A stretch of DNA of 63,377 nucleotides, the filler included, from Octopus bimaculoides (taxonomy: Eukaryota), in assembly GCF_001194135.2 (NCBI RefSeq). It is 6 parts of 6 records of this genome, joined end to end, with 100 filler letters (N's around TTAATTAATTAA, not from the genome) between each part and the next. Parts side by side here need not be neighbours in the genome. Positions count along the whole stretch, not along the records: positions 24,939 to 54,073 come from NC_068989.1; positions 54,174 to 55,431 come from NW_026392575.1; positions 55,532 to 58,783 come from NW_026312180.1; positions 58,884 to 61,773 come from NC_069005.1; positions 61,874 to 63,377 come from NC_068983.1; 1 more part is not named here. One strand, 5' to 3'. Both the position numbers and the translations under genes were made by a program. The notes under the pieces are model-generated. The model was not told the DNA's origin, ran no database searches, and was given only the letters and a program-made list of their open reading frames with translations. Position 1 is the stretch's first letter. Each line of letters begins with the position of its first letter. Positions 49,641-62,432 of this stretch are shown here, in pieces.

Positions 49641-50959
49641 ATAGATTATCAACTTTTGCTAAAAGTTATCGACATTATGTTTACAAGATATCAACCTTCA
49701 TGTTTACTTTGTGAAAGCGCATCGCCTAGTGATGAGGGCGTTTGCTTTATGGTCATTTCATCCTGCGTTCATTTCCAGAAGCGAGCTGCACGTTGTGTCC
49801 TTGACTATGGCGCTCTATTTCCTGTTACTTCTACCTACTCAGCTGTAATGTACCAACGTTTGTACGTTTAGTGTATATATGTATATATACGGTTTTTGGT
49901 ATGTGTATGTATCACTAATGTATATATATTTTTACGATGTTATTTCTTTGTAAATGTTTTTATTTTAAACGGACATATCTTTTTAATTAATTTAAAGTTA
50001 TTTTACCATTAATTAATTTACCTTGGGTATACTGGTTTTGTCCTTCTACTAAAGCTAATTTTTGATTTAATGTTTTCTTCGATTTTTATTATAATATGAT
50101 TTTAAATCATAATTGTAATTTCCTATAACCGGTTATTGAAAAGACATTAGTTGAAAGAACCAATGAAACAGAACCATTTTTAAATGTGTATCTATCAACG
50201 TAATTGTATTTTTGTGTGCATTTATGCATATAACCTTATTTTTTTCCATTCTCAACCAAAACTGTCCGACGAACGGGAACGTGAAATTCTGAGTAACAGT
50301 TTTTGNNNNNNNNNNNNNNNNNNNNNNNNNNNNNNNNNNNNNNNNNNNNNNNNNNNNNNNNNNNNNNNNNNNNNNNNNNNNNNNNNNNNNNNNNNNNNNN
50401 NNNNNNNNNNNNNNNNNNNNNNNNNNNNNNNNNNNNNNNNNNNNNNNNNNNNNNNNNNNNNNNNNNNNNNNNNNNNNNNNNNNNNNNNNNNNNNNNNNNN
50501 NNNNNNNNNNNNNNNNNNNNNNNNNNNNNNNNNNNNNNNNNNNNNNNNNNNNNNNNNNNNNNNNNNNNNNNNNNNNTATATATATATATATATATATATA
50601 TGTATACGTATATATATGTATATGATTTATATGTATTTATATCTATGTATTCTTATGTATGCATAGATATATATTTACACACATAGACGCAAATTAACAG
50701 AAACATATTACACAGAAATTTCGCAGCTGATTCCTCACCACTCTAAGGTTTCGTGTTTTTAACATTGATACCACTACGTCTTTGGCAGAGCCAGAGCAAG
50801 AACCCTCTGGGAACAGCTAACGAATGCCTACAAGGACAAAAACAAACAAGATAAGCTAAAAATATAACAATTGTACGTCTACAACGAAACAAAACATAAT
50901 AATACAAATACAACATAAAAAAGATGAGAGTAAAGATCCCTTCGATCATGAATGATCGC

Positions 50960-51258
50960 AAGATTGCACACAGAAAGTTTCTCTCTGAGGCACAAGTCCA
51001 GGCAAGGTTGTTTGCGGAAGACTAGCAGTCACCCATGCATACCAACCTCCCCTCTTCACGCTACCGATGTTACCCAAGGGAAAGGCAAAGGCTAATACAA
51101 CTAGACACCAGTGATATCGCAACTCATTTCTACGGCTGAGTGAACTGGATCAACGTGAAATAAAGTGTCTTGCTCAAGAACACAACACAGCCCGATACAA
51201 GAATCGAATTCACTATGAATGTGAGTCCAACGCTGTAACTACTGAGCCAAGTGCCTTC

Positions 51259-51260
<2 letters not shown>
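50960..51260 (-). mobile_element. SINE E (tRNA head, CORE-like segment, E-type 3' domain)
   Basis: Reverse reads gttgtgttcttgagcaagacactttatttcacgttgatccagttcactcagccgtagaaatgagttgcg, then a tail unlike F. Confidence 0.8.
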
Positions 51261-51338
<78 letters not shown>

Positions 51339-51788
51339 TGTATATATATATATAAATATATGTATACACATTAACATATACATATATACACACACATACA
51401 AAGACACATACACACACGCACGTACACACACATACACATACATACACATATATATATTTTTCCGAATTTGCGTAAATGTGTATCAAATAATATATCAGTC
51501 GAATAAAATTGCTACATGGTCTGATTTTCACATTTTTTATTGTTGTATTATAAAACAATTTTTTACAATGTTGAAATGTGTTAAACATTAAACAAATATT
51601 TTGTTCAATTCGCGCTTTCATTGACAATACATTAAGGCTACCTTGATTTCATTTTGAGAAAAGTAGGAAAATATCCTAGTGTCTTAACAATTGTTCAGTC
51701 CGATCACATAGAGAAAACTGTTCGCCTCTATTTTGGAAAACACGTTTGGAAAAAAATATCCACTCATTTTCATCGTTCGACGTTTATA

Positions 51789-51830
<42 letters not shown>

Positions 51831-53239
51831 CGTGTGTGTGCGTGTGTGTGTGTATAATCACAACGATATAGATTATGGAGACTTGTTCACCCTCAAGATT
51901 TTATTTCCTCTTATGTTCTAATTACATACATCATATTTTTGATGGTTATTACGACCCATCGGAGAAGTTTACAGCGCGACTGACGACAGATCATTAGAAA
52001 CTCTCGTCAGAAACCATATGTGCCCACTGATTAGAGTCGGGAACTACACCTACTACCAATTTAGAAAGCAGTCGAATCCCATTCTCTACCTGCCTTTATT
52101 AAAAAACATACTGAGGTTGATGTTTTCGGTTATAAACTATACCACAATAGAGTGGTTATATCTGAAAAACCTTTGATCATGCGTTTGCTTGATTTGGACC
52201 GACTTGAGGTTAATTAAAAACACAGCAGCAGCAGCAGCAGCGGTAGCAGCAACGACAACAACAACGGTAGTAAACAAATTATTGCTTAATAGTTTGATCG
52301 TTTGGGAGTTAAATATCAAAATGAATTTTTTGCTCTGGTGTCGGAAGACGAACTGCCAACTGATTATGCTAAGAAATATATTCTAACAATGCGACAGGCA
52401 GTGAATTTCTTCTATTATATTTGTGCCTCATGTTCTTCATGTTTATTAGGTAATTACTGGTACTTATTTTATCAAACGTTATTCTTTTGTGATTAAGAAA
52501 ATTACTGTCGATAAGCTTCGTATGATTTTGACAGCGAAATGTAATGATACAACACGTGATTCCATTAAACATGTAGACTTGATTTTTGTTGTTCACGCCA
52601 GGAAAAAAAAACAAAAAAACTAATAAATAAATAAATAAATGGATAAATAACGAGCTAAGAGAAACAAACAAGCAAACAAAAAACGCCCAAACAACAACAA
52701 AAATCACGTTATACTTTAGAACAACGTCTATGCTATTGATGTCATTATCATCGCCATAATGACTGCATTTAGCAACAAACTTATACATCTTAGCTTGTCT
52801 AGATTTTTTCGTGAATGTACTTGATTGAACACGACAAGAAATAAATGTTCTTATCAACAAACATGTTTATTGCAAGTAACTCCGACTGCCGATTAAATTA
52901 CTTTCCAATCAAAGCAGTTAAAATTACACATCGATTATCTTGTTCCGACGACTCAATGTGCATTCAGCCGATATTCTTGTTTCATACAACTACTGATTTC
53001 TTCCTCATTTATGCCCTTTGTTAGAAATTCACATTTATTTTTATTGACAAATGTGCTCCAAATAACTAAATAAATTAACAGACATTTTTATAAATAATTA
53101 TATATATATACATTAGTTTCCTGACCCTAGTGTGTACGCTAAACGTTCATATATTTTCAAAATCAATTTACCTTCATTTAGCAATCATGTTCCAACACAG
53201 AACAAATATTGTTTACTTTCGCACCCAACCACCAACAAC

Positions 53240-53530
53240 ATTGCTGATAGATATTAACTAACCCTAATTCCAAGAGCAAACTGAAAATTAATATTAAAAA
53301 TTCTAACTATAAACCGTATTTCTAAACACTAATCTAGACCTTAAATTGTGGCTCGTCTCTGAACACTGAACCAAAATTCTAACACTAAATGTGAATTTTA
53401 AACTCCAGCTCAAAACACAAACATGAAACGTTTACCCTAAACCGAAACCTTGAACCGAAATTCTAACCATTACTACTAAACCTAGTCCAAAATTCGAACA
53501 TAAACCCTACGCTCTAGAACCTCTACTACT
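53240..53530. repeat. Degenerate C/A-rich repeat (aaccct/aaccg/ttctaac units)
   Basis: Recurrent short motifs without a clean period. Confidence 0.35.
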
Positions 53531-54173
53531 ACTGTCTGTATTGTCAGAGTATTAACTGCTGCCTACTTAGTATTTATATTTAGAATCCGTATCATTTAGT
53601 TGTATTATAATGTCGTAATAACCTCAACATTTTACTACATATATATATATATGTATCGATTACTCTAACTCTTAAGTGGCAATATACTACACTTTATCGT
53701 GCAGTTACTGTTAATACTTCATTTAGAAAATTAACATTGCTTGTTTTCACCTTTTCGATATCAGTGAAGAATTTCACTGGAAAAGTATATATAAGATTGC
53801 CAGGAAATTATCTCTCTCATCAAGGATCAGTGGCTATCGAACGCCGACCAAGGGAAATAACCCTGAAACCCGGGTCCGTTCGTGCTACAGATCATGATGG
53901 GAGGGATGACTTCCCTTGGCAAACAGGACACAGTAGTGTGTCGATAAGCCAGCTGGAGGATATGTCCTCCTGGGGCTAAAAACAACAGTAACATCCACCC
54001 CTAGGGGTCAGCCACACTTAAGTAGCAATATACTACACTTTATCGTGCAGTTACTGTTAATACTTCATTTAGANNNNNNNNNNNNNNNNNNNNNNNNNNN
54101 NNNNNNNNNNNNNNNNNTTAATTAATTAANNNNNNNNNNNNNNNNNNNNNNNNNNNNNNNNNNNNNNNNNNNN

Positions 54174-55020
54174 GATCTATCGGACTTTCAAAGAGGTCAA
54201 ATTGTTGGTGTTCATATGGCAGGCGCTAGCGTAACAAAAACAGCTGAAATGCATGGTGTATCAAGAACTACTGTCTCAAAAGTAATGACAGCCTTGTTGA
54301 AACAAAATTCGAGAAGAAAACCAAAAGTTTCAGATAGGGACTGTTTCACTCTTATGCGAATTATTAGAAAGGATCACAAAAGTACAGCTCCCAAAATTAC
54401 TGCAGAGCTTAATGACCACCTTGAGAAACCAGTTTCCACAGAAACTGTTTGCCAGGAGCTGCACAAACCTGGATTTCATGGGAGGGCTACAATCAGAAAA
54501 CCACTACTTTCAAAAACAAACGTCGCAAAGCGTTTAGAGTGGAGTAAAGACCTACAGAATTGGTCCCTTGAGCAGTGGAAGAATGTTATTTTCTCGGATG
54601 AGTCATCCTTTACCTTATTTCTGACCACTGGCTGAATGTACGTTTGAAGACAGCCAAAAGAAGCATTTGACTCAGACTACCTTCTTCCAACTGTTAAACA
54701 TAGAAGAGGATCTGTGATGATTTGATGGGCTGTATCTTGGAAATCCGCCAGCCCAATGGTTTCTCTTCATGGCAGAATTAATAGTCAAGACTATTTAAGC
54801 ATTTTATCTGATCAAATTCATCCTATGTTTGTGGAACTGTTTCTGGAGGGAAACGCAATCTTTCAGGATGATAATGCATCAATTCACACACCTAAGGTTG
54901 TTACTGAATGGCACAAGGAACATTCTAATGAAGTTTAACATCTCATCTGGCCACCATAGTCCCCAGATCTCAATATCATTGAACATTTATGGTGCATTTT
55001 AGAAAAACAAGTAAGGAGTT
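54174..55020 (+). mobile_element. Tc1-family DD36E (Incomer-type) transposase pseudogene
   Basis: [12 protein letters not shown]...VIFSDESSF...IFQDDNASIHT...WPP*SPDLNIIEHLW; 36 residues counted between the second D and E; several in-frame stops. Confidence 0.9.
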
Positions 55021-55224
55021 CATTATTTACATTATATACATTATTTACATTTGACGGATATTTGTCCTAATCTTGTTTGTTGTTAACACAACGTTTCAGC
55101 TGATATACCCTCCAGCTTTCATCATGTGTGTGTATGCATGTACATATGTGTATATGCATCTGCACGGATATATATGTATGCATGTATGTATATATCTATT
55201 TATCTCTATCTATCTATCTATCTA

Positions 55225-55258
<34 letters not shown>

Positions 55259-55531
55259 AACGGACATTTATGCAGATATAGCAATTTAAAGGATAAGCCT
55301 GTTATAATGGACTTTTCCTTTTTCTCTCTCTTTTTCTTTTTTCTTTGTGATGTAATCTTGAGACTGAAAATGTTTACGGCTTTAAACCATCCTTTATATT
55401 AACAATATATACTGATGTAATGACAGTTTGTNNNNNNNNNNNNNNNNNNNNNNNNNNNNNNNNNNNNNNNNNNNNTTAATTAATTAANNNNNNNNNNNNN
55501 NNNNNNNNNNNNNNNNNNNNNNNNNNNNNNN

Positions 55532-55902
55532 TCCAGAGTATGGACCAGACAACCCAAGACGGTCCAAGAGAACCCGTAAAACCCAAGAGAGACTTTGCTG
55601 TTGATACTTCTTGTGTAGCATCAATTTCAGTGGGGAGGTGTTATATGGACTGTTAGATATGTAATTCGTCTGACGTTCCGTGTGTCATGTGGTTCGTCTG
55701 AGTTCATTGTTTCATTGTTGTTGTCTTGTGGGACTGTCGTAGTAAAATGTCATTGATATATATATGGCGGACATGACTTTTGTTTATTCATAACGAACAT
55801 TGGGTGAGTGCGTTCTTTGTATGTAATTGAACAATAAATGTAATAATTAAATTGTATAACTCGTTATGTTATCTCTGCGAGTCACCCGAGGGAGACATAA
55901 CA
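55532..55902 (+). mobile_element. LTR retrotransposon 3' end, probably Ty3/Gypsy (integrase tail, PPT, 264-bp LTR)
   Basis: PRRSKRTRKTQERL frame; agtggggagg PPT at 55629-55638; LTR tgttat...ataaca at 55639-55902 with TATA-like tract and aataaa. Confidence 0.82.
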
Positions 55903-56010
55903 ACAGGGTTCCATATTCAATAATTTGGTGGTCACTAAAGAAAGTAGGTGTAGAAGAATGGGTTGTGAGGGCTGTACAAAAATGTTGTAAGTGAAGTGAG
56001 AGTCGACAAC
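55903..56010 (+). mobile_element. RTE reverse transcriptase fragment
   Basis: RVPYSIIWWSLKKVGVEEWVVRAVQ resembles the RTE FDRVP...W.LRK.GV.E..VR motif. Confidence 0.7.
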
Positions 56011-56139
56011 AAAATGTGTACAGTCATACATATTTGTGTACTGACACACATATACATAGATATATAGACTTATGTACATTTACTCATACTTGTATGCATG
56101 CACACACATATTTATATATATATGAGAGAGAGAGAGAAA

Positions 56140-56635
56140 TCTGCTTCCGATTGTCTGCTCATAGGGTCATGCTCTTGCTTAGGCAGCTACCTCTCTATTT
56201 CTCTGTTACACTCTAACCTTTCATCATTTGATACTACATTATCTCCTCCAATGTCCCCTCTGTTATAGCAAGACACCTGTTTCTGCCTCTCTGTCATACT
56301 CTTACCTTTCATCCTCTGATACAAGTTCCCCTCTTCAAACGCCCTGCCCCTCACATAATACCTTATTTGGTGACCACTGCCAGTGCTGGTGCCATGTAAA
56401 AAGCATCCAGTCCACATTGTAAAGTGGTTGGCATTTGGAAGGGCATCCAGCTGTAAAAATCATGCCAAAACTAATCTCACTTGTGCTAGTGCTATGTAAA
56501 AAGCACTGGGTCCACTCTGCAGTGGTTGGTGTTAGGAAGGGCATCTAGCTGTAAAAAATCCTGCCAAAGCGGACACAGTAGCCTAGGGTAGTTTTTTTAC
56601 CTGGCTGTCCTACCCATGCATGCATGGAAGACTGA
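56140..56635 (+). mobile_element. RTE-type 3' UTR with a 100-bp-period internal duplication
   Basis: gtggttggc...ggaagggcatccagctgtaaaa repeated at 56383-56470 and 56483-56568. Confidence 0.7.
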
Positions 56636-56649
56636 CTCACACACACACA

Positions 56650-57660
56650 TGGGATGTCCAAAAAAAGTATGTACTTGCATTAAAATACATTTCATTTTCA
56701 AAATCTAGACAGAATTAAATTTCTTTTGTGAATGCAAAGCAATGGAATCATAAACAGGAAGAAACATTTTGTTTGGTGTTTGTGAACATTCTCTTCAATG
56801 GCTGCCCTTAATTTGTCAGCTGTTGCTGGTTTTGTACTGCAAACTTTCTCTTTTAAAAATCTCCAGAAAAAATAGATTTAACTGTGTGAGGTTCCCTGAA
56901 TGCGGAAGGTATTCTACTCAATCTCTTTGTTCAGTCCTCTTGCTGGGCAAAATCTCATAAAGGTAGGCCCTTACATTACTTTGGTAATGTCAGGGTAACC
57001 CATCTTGCTGGAAATAAACTTCACATCTTCAAATTCCTCTTGAATGTTTGACATGACAGATTGTTACCAAAAGTTCACGTAAATGAAACCAATCACAGTA
57101 CCATCAATAAAGAATGGTCCAATTAATCTGATGATAAGCCATGTCATACTCTTCAAACTCTTGAAGCAGTACTTTTCTGTTTACTTTTGTTAGTTCAAAT
57201 GTTACTTTCCTTACTATAAACTTGGAACCTTGTTGTAAGTATCTGTATGAGTGTGGCATTTCTATGTCTAAAACTTTGGTTCATTATCATCATTTAAAGT
57301 CCACCTTGTAAATGAACATGATGTTGCTCCATAATATGCAGATTTTCAGGTTCCCAATAGGTGCAATTGTGGCAGTTAATTGAGCCATTTAATTTGAAAA
57401 TAGCCTTATCATTCCAAACAATTTCTGTTGGAAGGTGTACATGTTCTACACATCTTGCCAAGTACCACTCACAAAACTCCACTTTTTAGTCCAGATCATC
57501 TTCATTGAGAACATGGACTATTCTTGGAATGTAACTTAATTATTCCTTTCTAGTACCCCTTTATGTTTTGTTGGGTTCATTTATGTCCTTGGTCTTCTGG
57601 AACATTTATGGATTTCTTCTTACTGCACCTGAGTGAGTAGTACTGTTGTTCGAAGATTAT
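56650..57660 (-). mobile_element. Tc1/mariner DD41D (rosa/Visitor-type) transposase pseudogene
   Basis: [59 protein letters not shown]...EYLPHSGNLTQLN; 41 residues to the decayed third D; TIR-like gggatgtccaaaaaaagtatg at the left. Confidence 0.82.
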
Positions 57661-57689
57661 TGGAAGGAAGGGTGTTACAAGATGAGCTG

Positions 57690-58420
57690 TGGGAGGAAGG
57701 CTTGACAGGACCTTATTTTTACTGAAATGGATGACCTCACAGCATATCACTATTCCTCTTAGTCCTTTGTCATCTTCTCCATTTGACTCAATAGCTTAAA
57801 ACCAGTTTTTGCTACTTCATTCCACACCTTCTTGGGTCTGTCTCTTCCACATTTAGAGATTGATACTTCTTTATGCAGCTGTCTTCATCAGTCTGCTTGT
57901 TGTTGGCACTCCGTCGATTACGACGTCGAGGGTTCCAGTTGATCCGATCAACGGAACAGCCTCCTCGTGAAATTAACGTGCAAGTGGTTGAGCACCCCAC
58001 AGACACGTGTACCCGTAACGTAGTTCTCGGGGATATTCAGCGTGGCACATTGTGACAAGGCTGACCCTTTGAATTACAGGCACAACAGAAACAGGAAGTA
58101 AGAGTGAGAGAAAGTTGTGGTGAAAGAGTACAGCAGGGTTCGCCACCATCCCCTGCCGGAGTCTCGTGGAGCTTTTGGTGTTTTCACTCAATAAACACTC
58201 ACAACACCCGGTCTGGAAATCGAAACTGCAATCCTATGACCACGAGCCCACTGCCCTAACCACTGGGCCATTGCGCCTCCACTATCAGTTTGCATTACAT
58301 GACCATACCAGTGCAGTCTTTTTTCTTGCATACTTTATCTACTTCCTCTTATGCCCAGTTTTCTTGCAACACATTGCGCAGCCAACAGAGCATGCTAGCT
58401 TTCTTTCTAGAATTCTTAAG
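57690..58420 (-). mobile_element. RTE LINE C-terminal fragment split by SINE A2
   Basis: ASMLCWLRNV...RLHWYGHVMQTD|EDSCIKKYQSLNV. Confidence 0.75.
57897..58283 (-). mobile_element. SINE A2, full length
   Basis: 10-bp TSD atcagtctgc / atcagtttgc at 57887-57896 and 58284-58293. Confidence 0.93.
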
Positions 58421-58624
58421 TTTTTTACATTCAAGGCCTATGATTCTCTACCATCATCATAATTCAAACTCTTGAAGCAGTACTTTTCTGTTTACTTATA
58501 TTGTTAGTTCCCTTGCAAATGACATCAGTATGATATGATGTTACTTGTACCTACTATAAACTTGGAACTTTGTTGTATATATGTGTATGAGTATGGCGTT
58601 TCTATGTCTACAATTTTGGTTCAT

Positions 58625-58783
58625 TATCATCATCATCATTTAAAGTCCATCTTCCATGAATGCATGGATAGGACAGTTGACAGGAGCCAGCCACATAGAA
58701 GACTACCCCAGGCTGCTATGTCTGTTTTGGCGGGGATCTTATGGTTGGATGCCCTTCCTAACACCAACTACTCCGCAGAGTGG
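58625..58783 (-). mobile_element. RTE-type 3' end with (GAT)n tail
   Basis: Reverse gttggtgttaggaagggcatccaacc...ggactttaaatgatgatgatg; related to 56383-56635. Confidence 0.75.
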
Positions 58784-58883
58784 NNNNNNNNNNNNNNNNN
58801 NNNNNNNNNNNNNNNNNNNNNNNNNNNTTAATTAATTAANNNNNNNNNNNNNNNNNNNNNNNNNNNNNNNNNNNNNNNNNNNN

Positions 58884-58918
<35 letters not shown>

Positions 58919-59612
58919 AAAAGAAACTCACACACACACTCATTCACACACGCGCGCGCACATGTATATATATAGATATGTGTGTGTGTGTGTGTGTGTG
59001 TGTGTATGGAGCTGTATCAAATTTAAGTATTTACAAAATTCCGATTTCTCTGTGAGAATGTAGCTGGTTTGTGGGTATACATAAGCGTGCGAGTGAGTAT
59101 ATATGCGTGGGACCGTGCGTGAGTGCATGCGTGCGCGCGCGTGAGTGTGTGCGTACGCGCGCACATTTTTTAGTGGATAAATATATAGAGAGGTATATAA
59201 ATTACATTGTAACTCCATAATCGAAGCGATGAATGTCACGTAATCAATCTGCTGGTTTCGATAAGTACATGTATGTATGTGAGCATGTATGTATGTGTGT
59301 ATGCGTGTGTGTGTATGTATGTATATATATGTATGTGCGTATGTTTGTATGTATGTGTGTATGTATGTGTGTGTATGTATGTATGTGTGCATGTATGTGT
59401 GTATGTATGTGTGTATGTATGTATGTCTATATGAATTCATGTATGTATGTGTGTGTATGAATGCGTGTGTGTGTGGATGTGTTTGCGTATGTATGTAAAA
59501 ACTTTCGGTATGCAAATTCCTATCCCTCATAGAGTAACTGCTGCATTTATTGAGCATATAAACAATTTGCCTGCTTGATTCTCTGGAGACTGTCAGAATG
59601 ATGTAGACACCT

Positions 59613-59647
59613 CTGATGAGAAACCAATAAGGTTCGAAGATCGATCA
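59613..59647 (+). ncRNA. Degenerate hammerhead-like motif
   Basis: CTGATGA-gaaacc(aataa)ggttc-GAAG-ATCGAT-C. Confidence 0.35.
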
Positions 59648-59731
59648 ATGTTGTTCATTATTTTTTTTCCAGTCTGCAGAGAAATGGCTAAAATTTGCCC
59701 TGTTTATAATTACACCATATGTTTTACATAC

Positions 59732-59768
<37 letters not shown>

Positions 59769-59939
59769 AATGGAATACATTGAGAAGAGGAAACACCAGA
59801 AACAGAAAGTCGTTGACGAGTCACGGAACGTGTGACGAAAGAACTCTGATAAAATAAATAAATAATAATGAAAAATGCTAGAGTGAAGATCAAATAAACA
59901 GTGTCTGCATTTATTGACAAAAACAAACAAAAAATGGCC

Positions 59940-59980
59940 ATCCTCGAACATGTTTCAGCCCAGAATTTGACATCAAGGAT
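59940..59980 (-). ncRNA. Degenerate hammerhead-like motif
   Basis: atcct-TGATGT...gggct-GAAACATGTT-cgaggat. Confidence 0.3.
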
Positions 59981-60029
59981 CCGGCATACGAAATACATGC
60001 GCGCGCGCGCACGTATGCATGCATGCATG

Positions 60030-60205
60030 CAGGCGTCGGTGTGTGTTTATGACCATTGCTAGGCAAACAGACAGTCCCGGGTTTGATATCTGTGCATGCC
60101 AATTTGGGCAAATGGTCTTCTACTATGGCCCCGGGTGAATCAGGGACTTGTGAAGGGATTTGGCAAACGGAAACTGCAAAAAACCGTTCGTACTTGTGTA
60201 CATAC
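60030..60205 (+). mobile_element. SINE B head, degenerate
   Basis: ttgggcaaatggtcttctactatggccccggg...acggaaactgcaaaaaaccgttcg. Confidence 0.65.
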
Positions 60206-60877
60206 ATACATACATGTACGGATGTATTTATGTGTGTGTATATGCATGTATATATGCATGTATGCATGTATGTATGTATGTACCTATCTATTTATGTGTA
60301 TGCATGTATAAGACAAAACTGACCAGTTTAGAGCAACTTAAAATTCTAATTTATACACATATATGCACCCACACATACAACCATACACACTCATACACAC
60401 GCACATACACACACACATATTCTCACACATACGCACACACATATACATATACATATACATATACATATGTATATATATATATATATATATATAAGTTTAA
60501 AAAAACACAAAAAACAATAACAAAAAAACAACAAAGTGAGGACGTGATACGGATAGTGTTATTGGACGCTCGGGAAAGGAAGGAGAGAGAATATATACGC
60601 ATGACTAATTGAATAAGCTGGAATGGGTGAGGCACGAAGTCCTATACCTTTATGATTTTGTATTACCTGGGCTTGACACACAAAAAAGACATGGGTTTTC
60701 CCGTTACGCAAGATTTTTTCCCTTCTCTAAACCTCTTTTTGCCATGTATGTATGTATGTATGTATGTATGTATGTATNNNNNNNNNNNNNNNNNNNNNNN
60801 NNNNNNNNNNNNNNNNNNNNNNNNNNNNNNNNNNNNNNNNNNNNNNNNNNNNNNNNNNNNNNNNNNNNNNNNNNNNN

Positions 60878-60916
<39 letters not shown>

Positions 60917-61137
60917 CATATATATTCATGTGTGTATCTGTGCATATGTATGTAAAACAATAACTTAGGCATACGCCCCAGCCCTTGAAAAACATTAGTC
61001 AAAATTATCATTATTACATTTAATGTATAAAACATTTAAAAGCTAACTAAAATAATAATACAAAAGGAAAAGAAAATGATATTAATCAGTAATTAATAAT
61101 AATAGGGTGTTAATTATTTCTTCATGAAATGGAAACC

Positions 61138-61180
61138 ACTTATGGCATGTTTCGGTCTTATTCTGATTTCATCAGAGAAG
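61138..61180 (-). ncRNA. Degenerate hammerhead-like motif
   Basis: acttct-CTGATGA-aatc(agaataa)gacc-GAAACATGCC-ataagt; conserved U of the cleavage triplet mutated. Confidence 0.4.
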
Positions 61181-62158
61181 TATAGTCTTCAGAGTGCTCC
61201 AAGAAAATGTAGAAATTTGTGAATTCTAAAAATAATTATGCAAAGAGGAAGATACTTCAAGATGACTTACAAATCATATATTATACCTTGGCAAATGACT
61301 TTTTTCTTCTTTTTTTTTTTACCAAACAACTATTTCCTGATAAAGTTTAATGCTACCTGCTTTAAATATGTTAAAACTAACTTAGTTTTATTTCTGTTTA
61401 ACCGACTCTCTGGATCGCGATTTTATGTTGTAAAAGAAAGAATCCAGAGATATAGCAACAGATCTTTAAAAAAAAATTTTTTTTTTTTAGTTATTTCTTT
61501 TTAGCCAGATTCAATGCATATTATAAAAATTAATAATACGGGTCGATGGTTTGAGACTATCCGCTGCTATTTCAGTATTTCAACGCTAGGACCCTTTCTT
61601 CAGTAAATCCTGTGAAAAGGTATTGATAACTGACTTCTCTGTTCTGTAGTGTGTGTGTGTGTGTAGATATCAAAGGTTGTTTTGTGTTGCTATGACAGCT
61701 AATCAGATGCATGCAGTTGTGATTTGTCGTTAATTTACGGATTGTACTTGTAATCAAAAGAGTTTCTTTTATCNNNNNNNNNNNNNNNNNNNNNNNNNNN
61801 NNNNNNNNNNNNNNNNNTTAATTAATTAANNNNNNNNNNNNNNNNNNNNNNNNNNNNNNNNNNNNNNNNNNNNATAGATTCAAGGCTTGAATATGGTACT
61901 TATGCGAAGCCACCCGAATATCACATCCCAAAAGGATGGGTGATTAAAATCAAATAATAAGCAACACGGATTTCAAAAGTGATTGCAGTACGCACGTTTC
62001 ATGCTACTTCAATTTATTTAAGTAATGTGAGCATTACCTTAAATGCAATATGAAGAGCAATCTTCAGCTGCACGAAAAAATGTAGAAAAAATGTAGAAAA
62101 AAGACATATTACAAATGTGGCAACATATTAAAACCAAGTGGGAGAGAGCAGAGGAAGA

Positions 62159-62189
<31 letters not shown>

Positions 62190-62432
62190 GTCGCAGTTCA
62201 GATTTCATTTGTTCTATATAAAAGTGCAGTCAGAATCGCTTTTGCTTATACAGGGTGGTTCAAGTATCCTTTTAACTTTAAAATAAACTGATTGAAAACC
62301 GAGGTCAGTGGAGCTTCTTAATGTACCTCTCTGTCCCTTCACAATTCTCATCTTCAACATCAGCGTGTAACTTGCCTGGTTTGAGGCATTCAGTTTTTTT
62401 TTTGTTTTTTGTTTATTATTATTATTATTATT

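Noticed and set aside
53240-53530. Interstitial telomere
   Set aside because: No run of perfect TTAGGG/CCCTAA units
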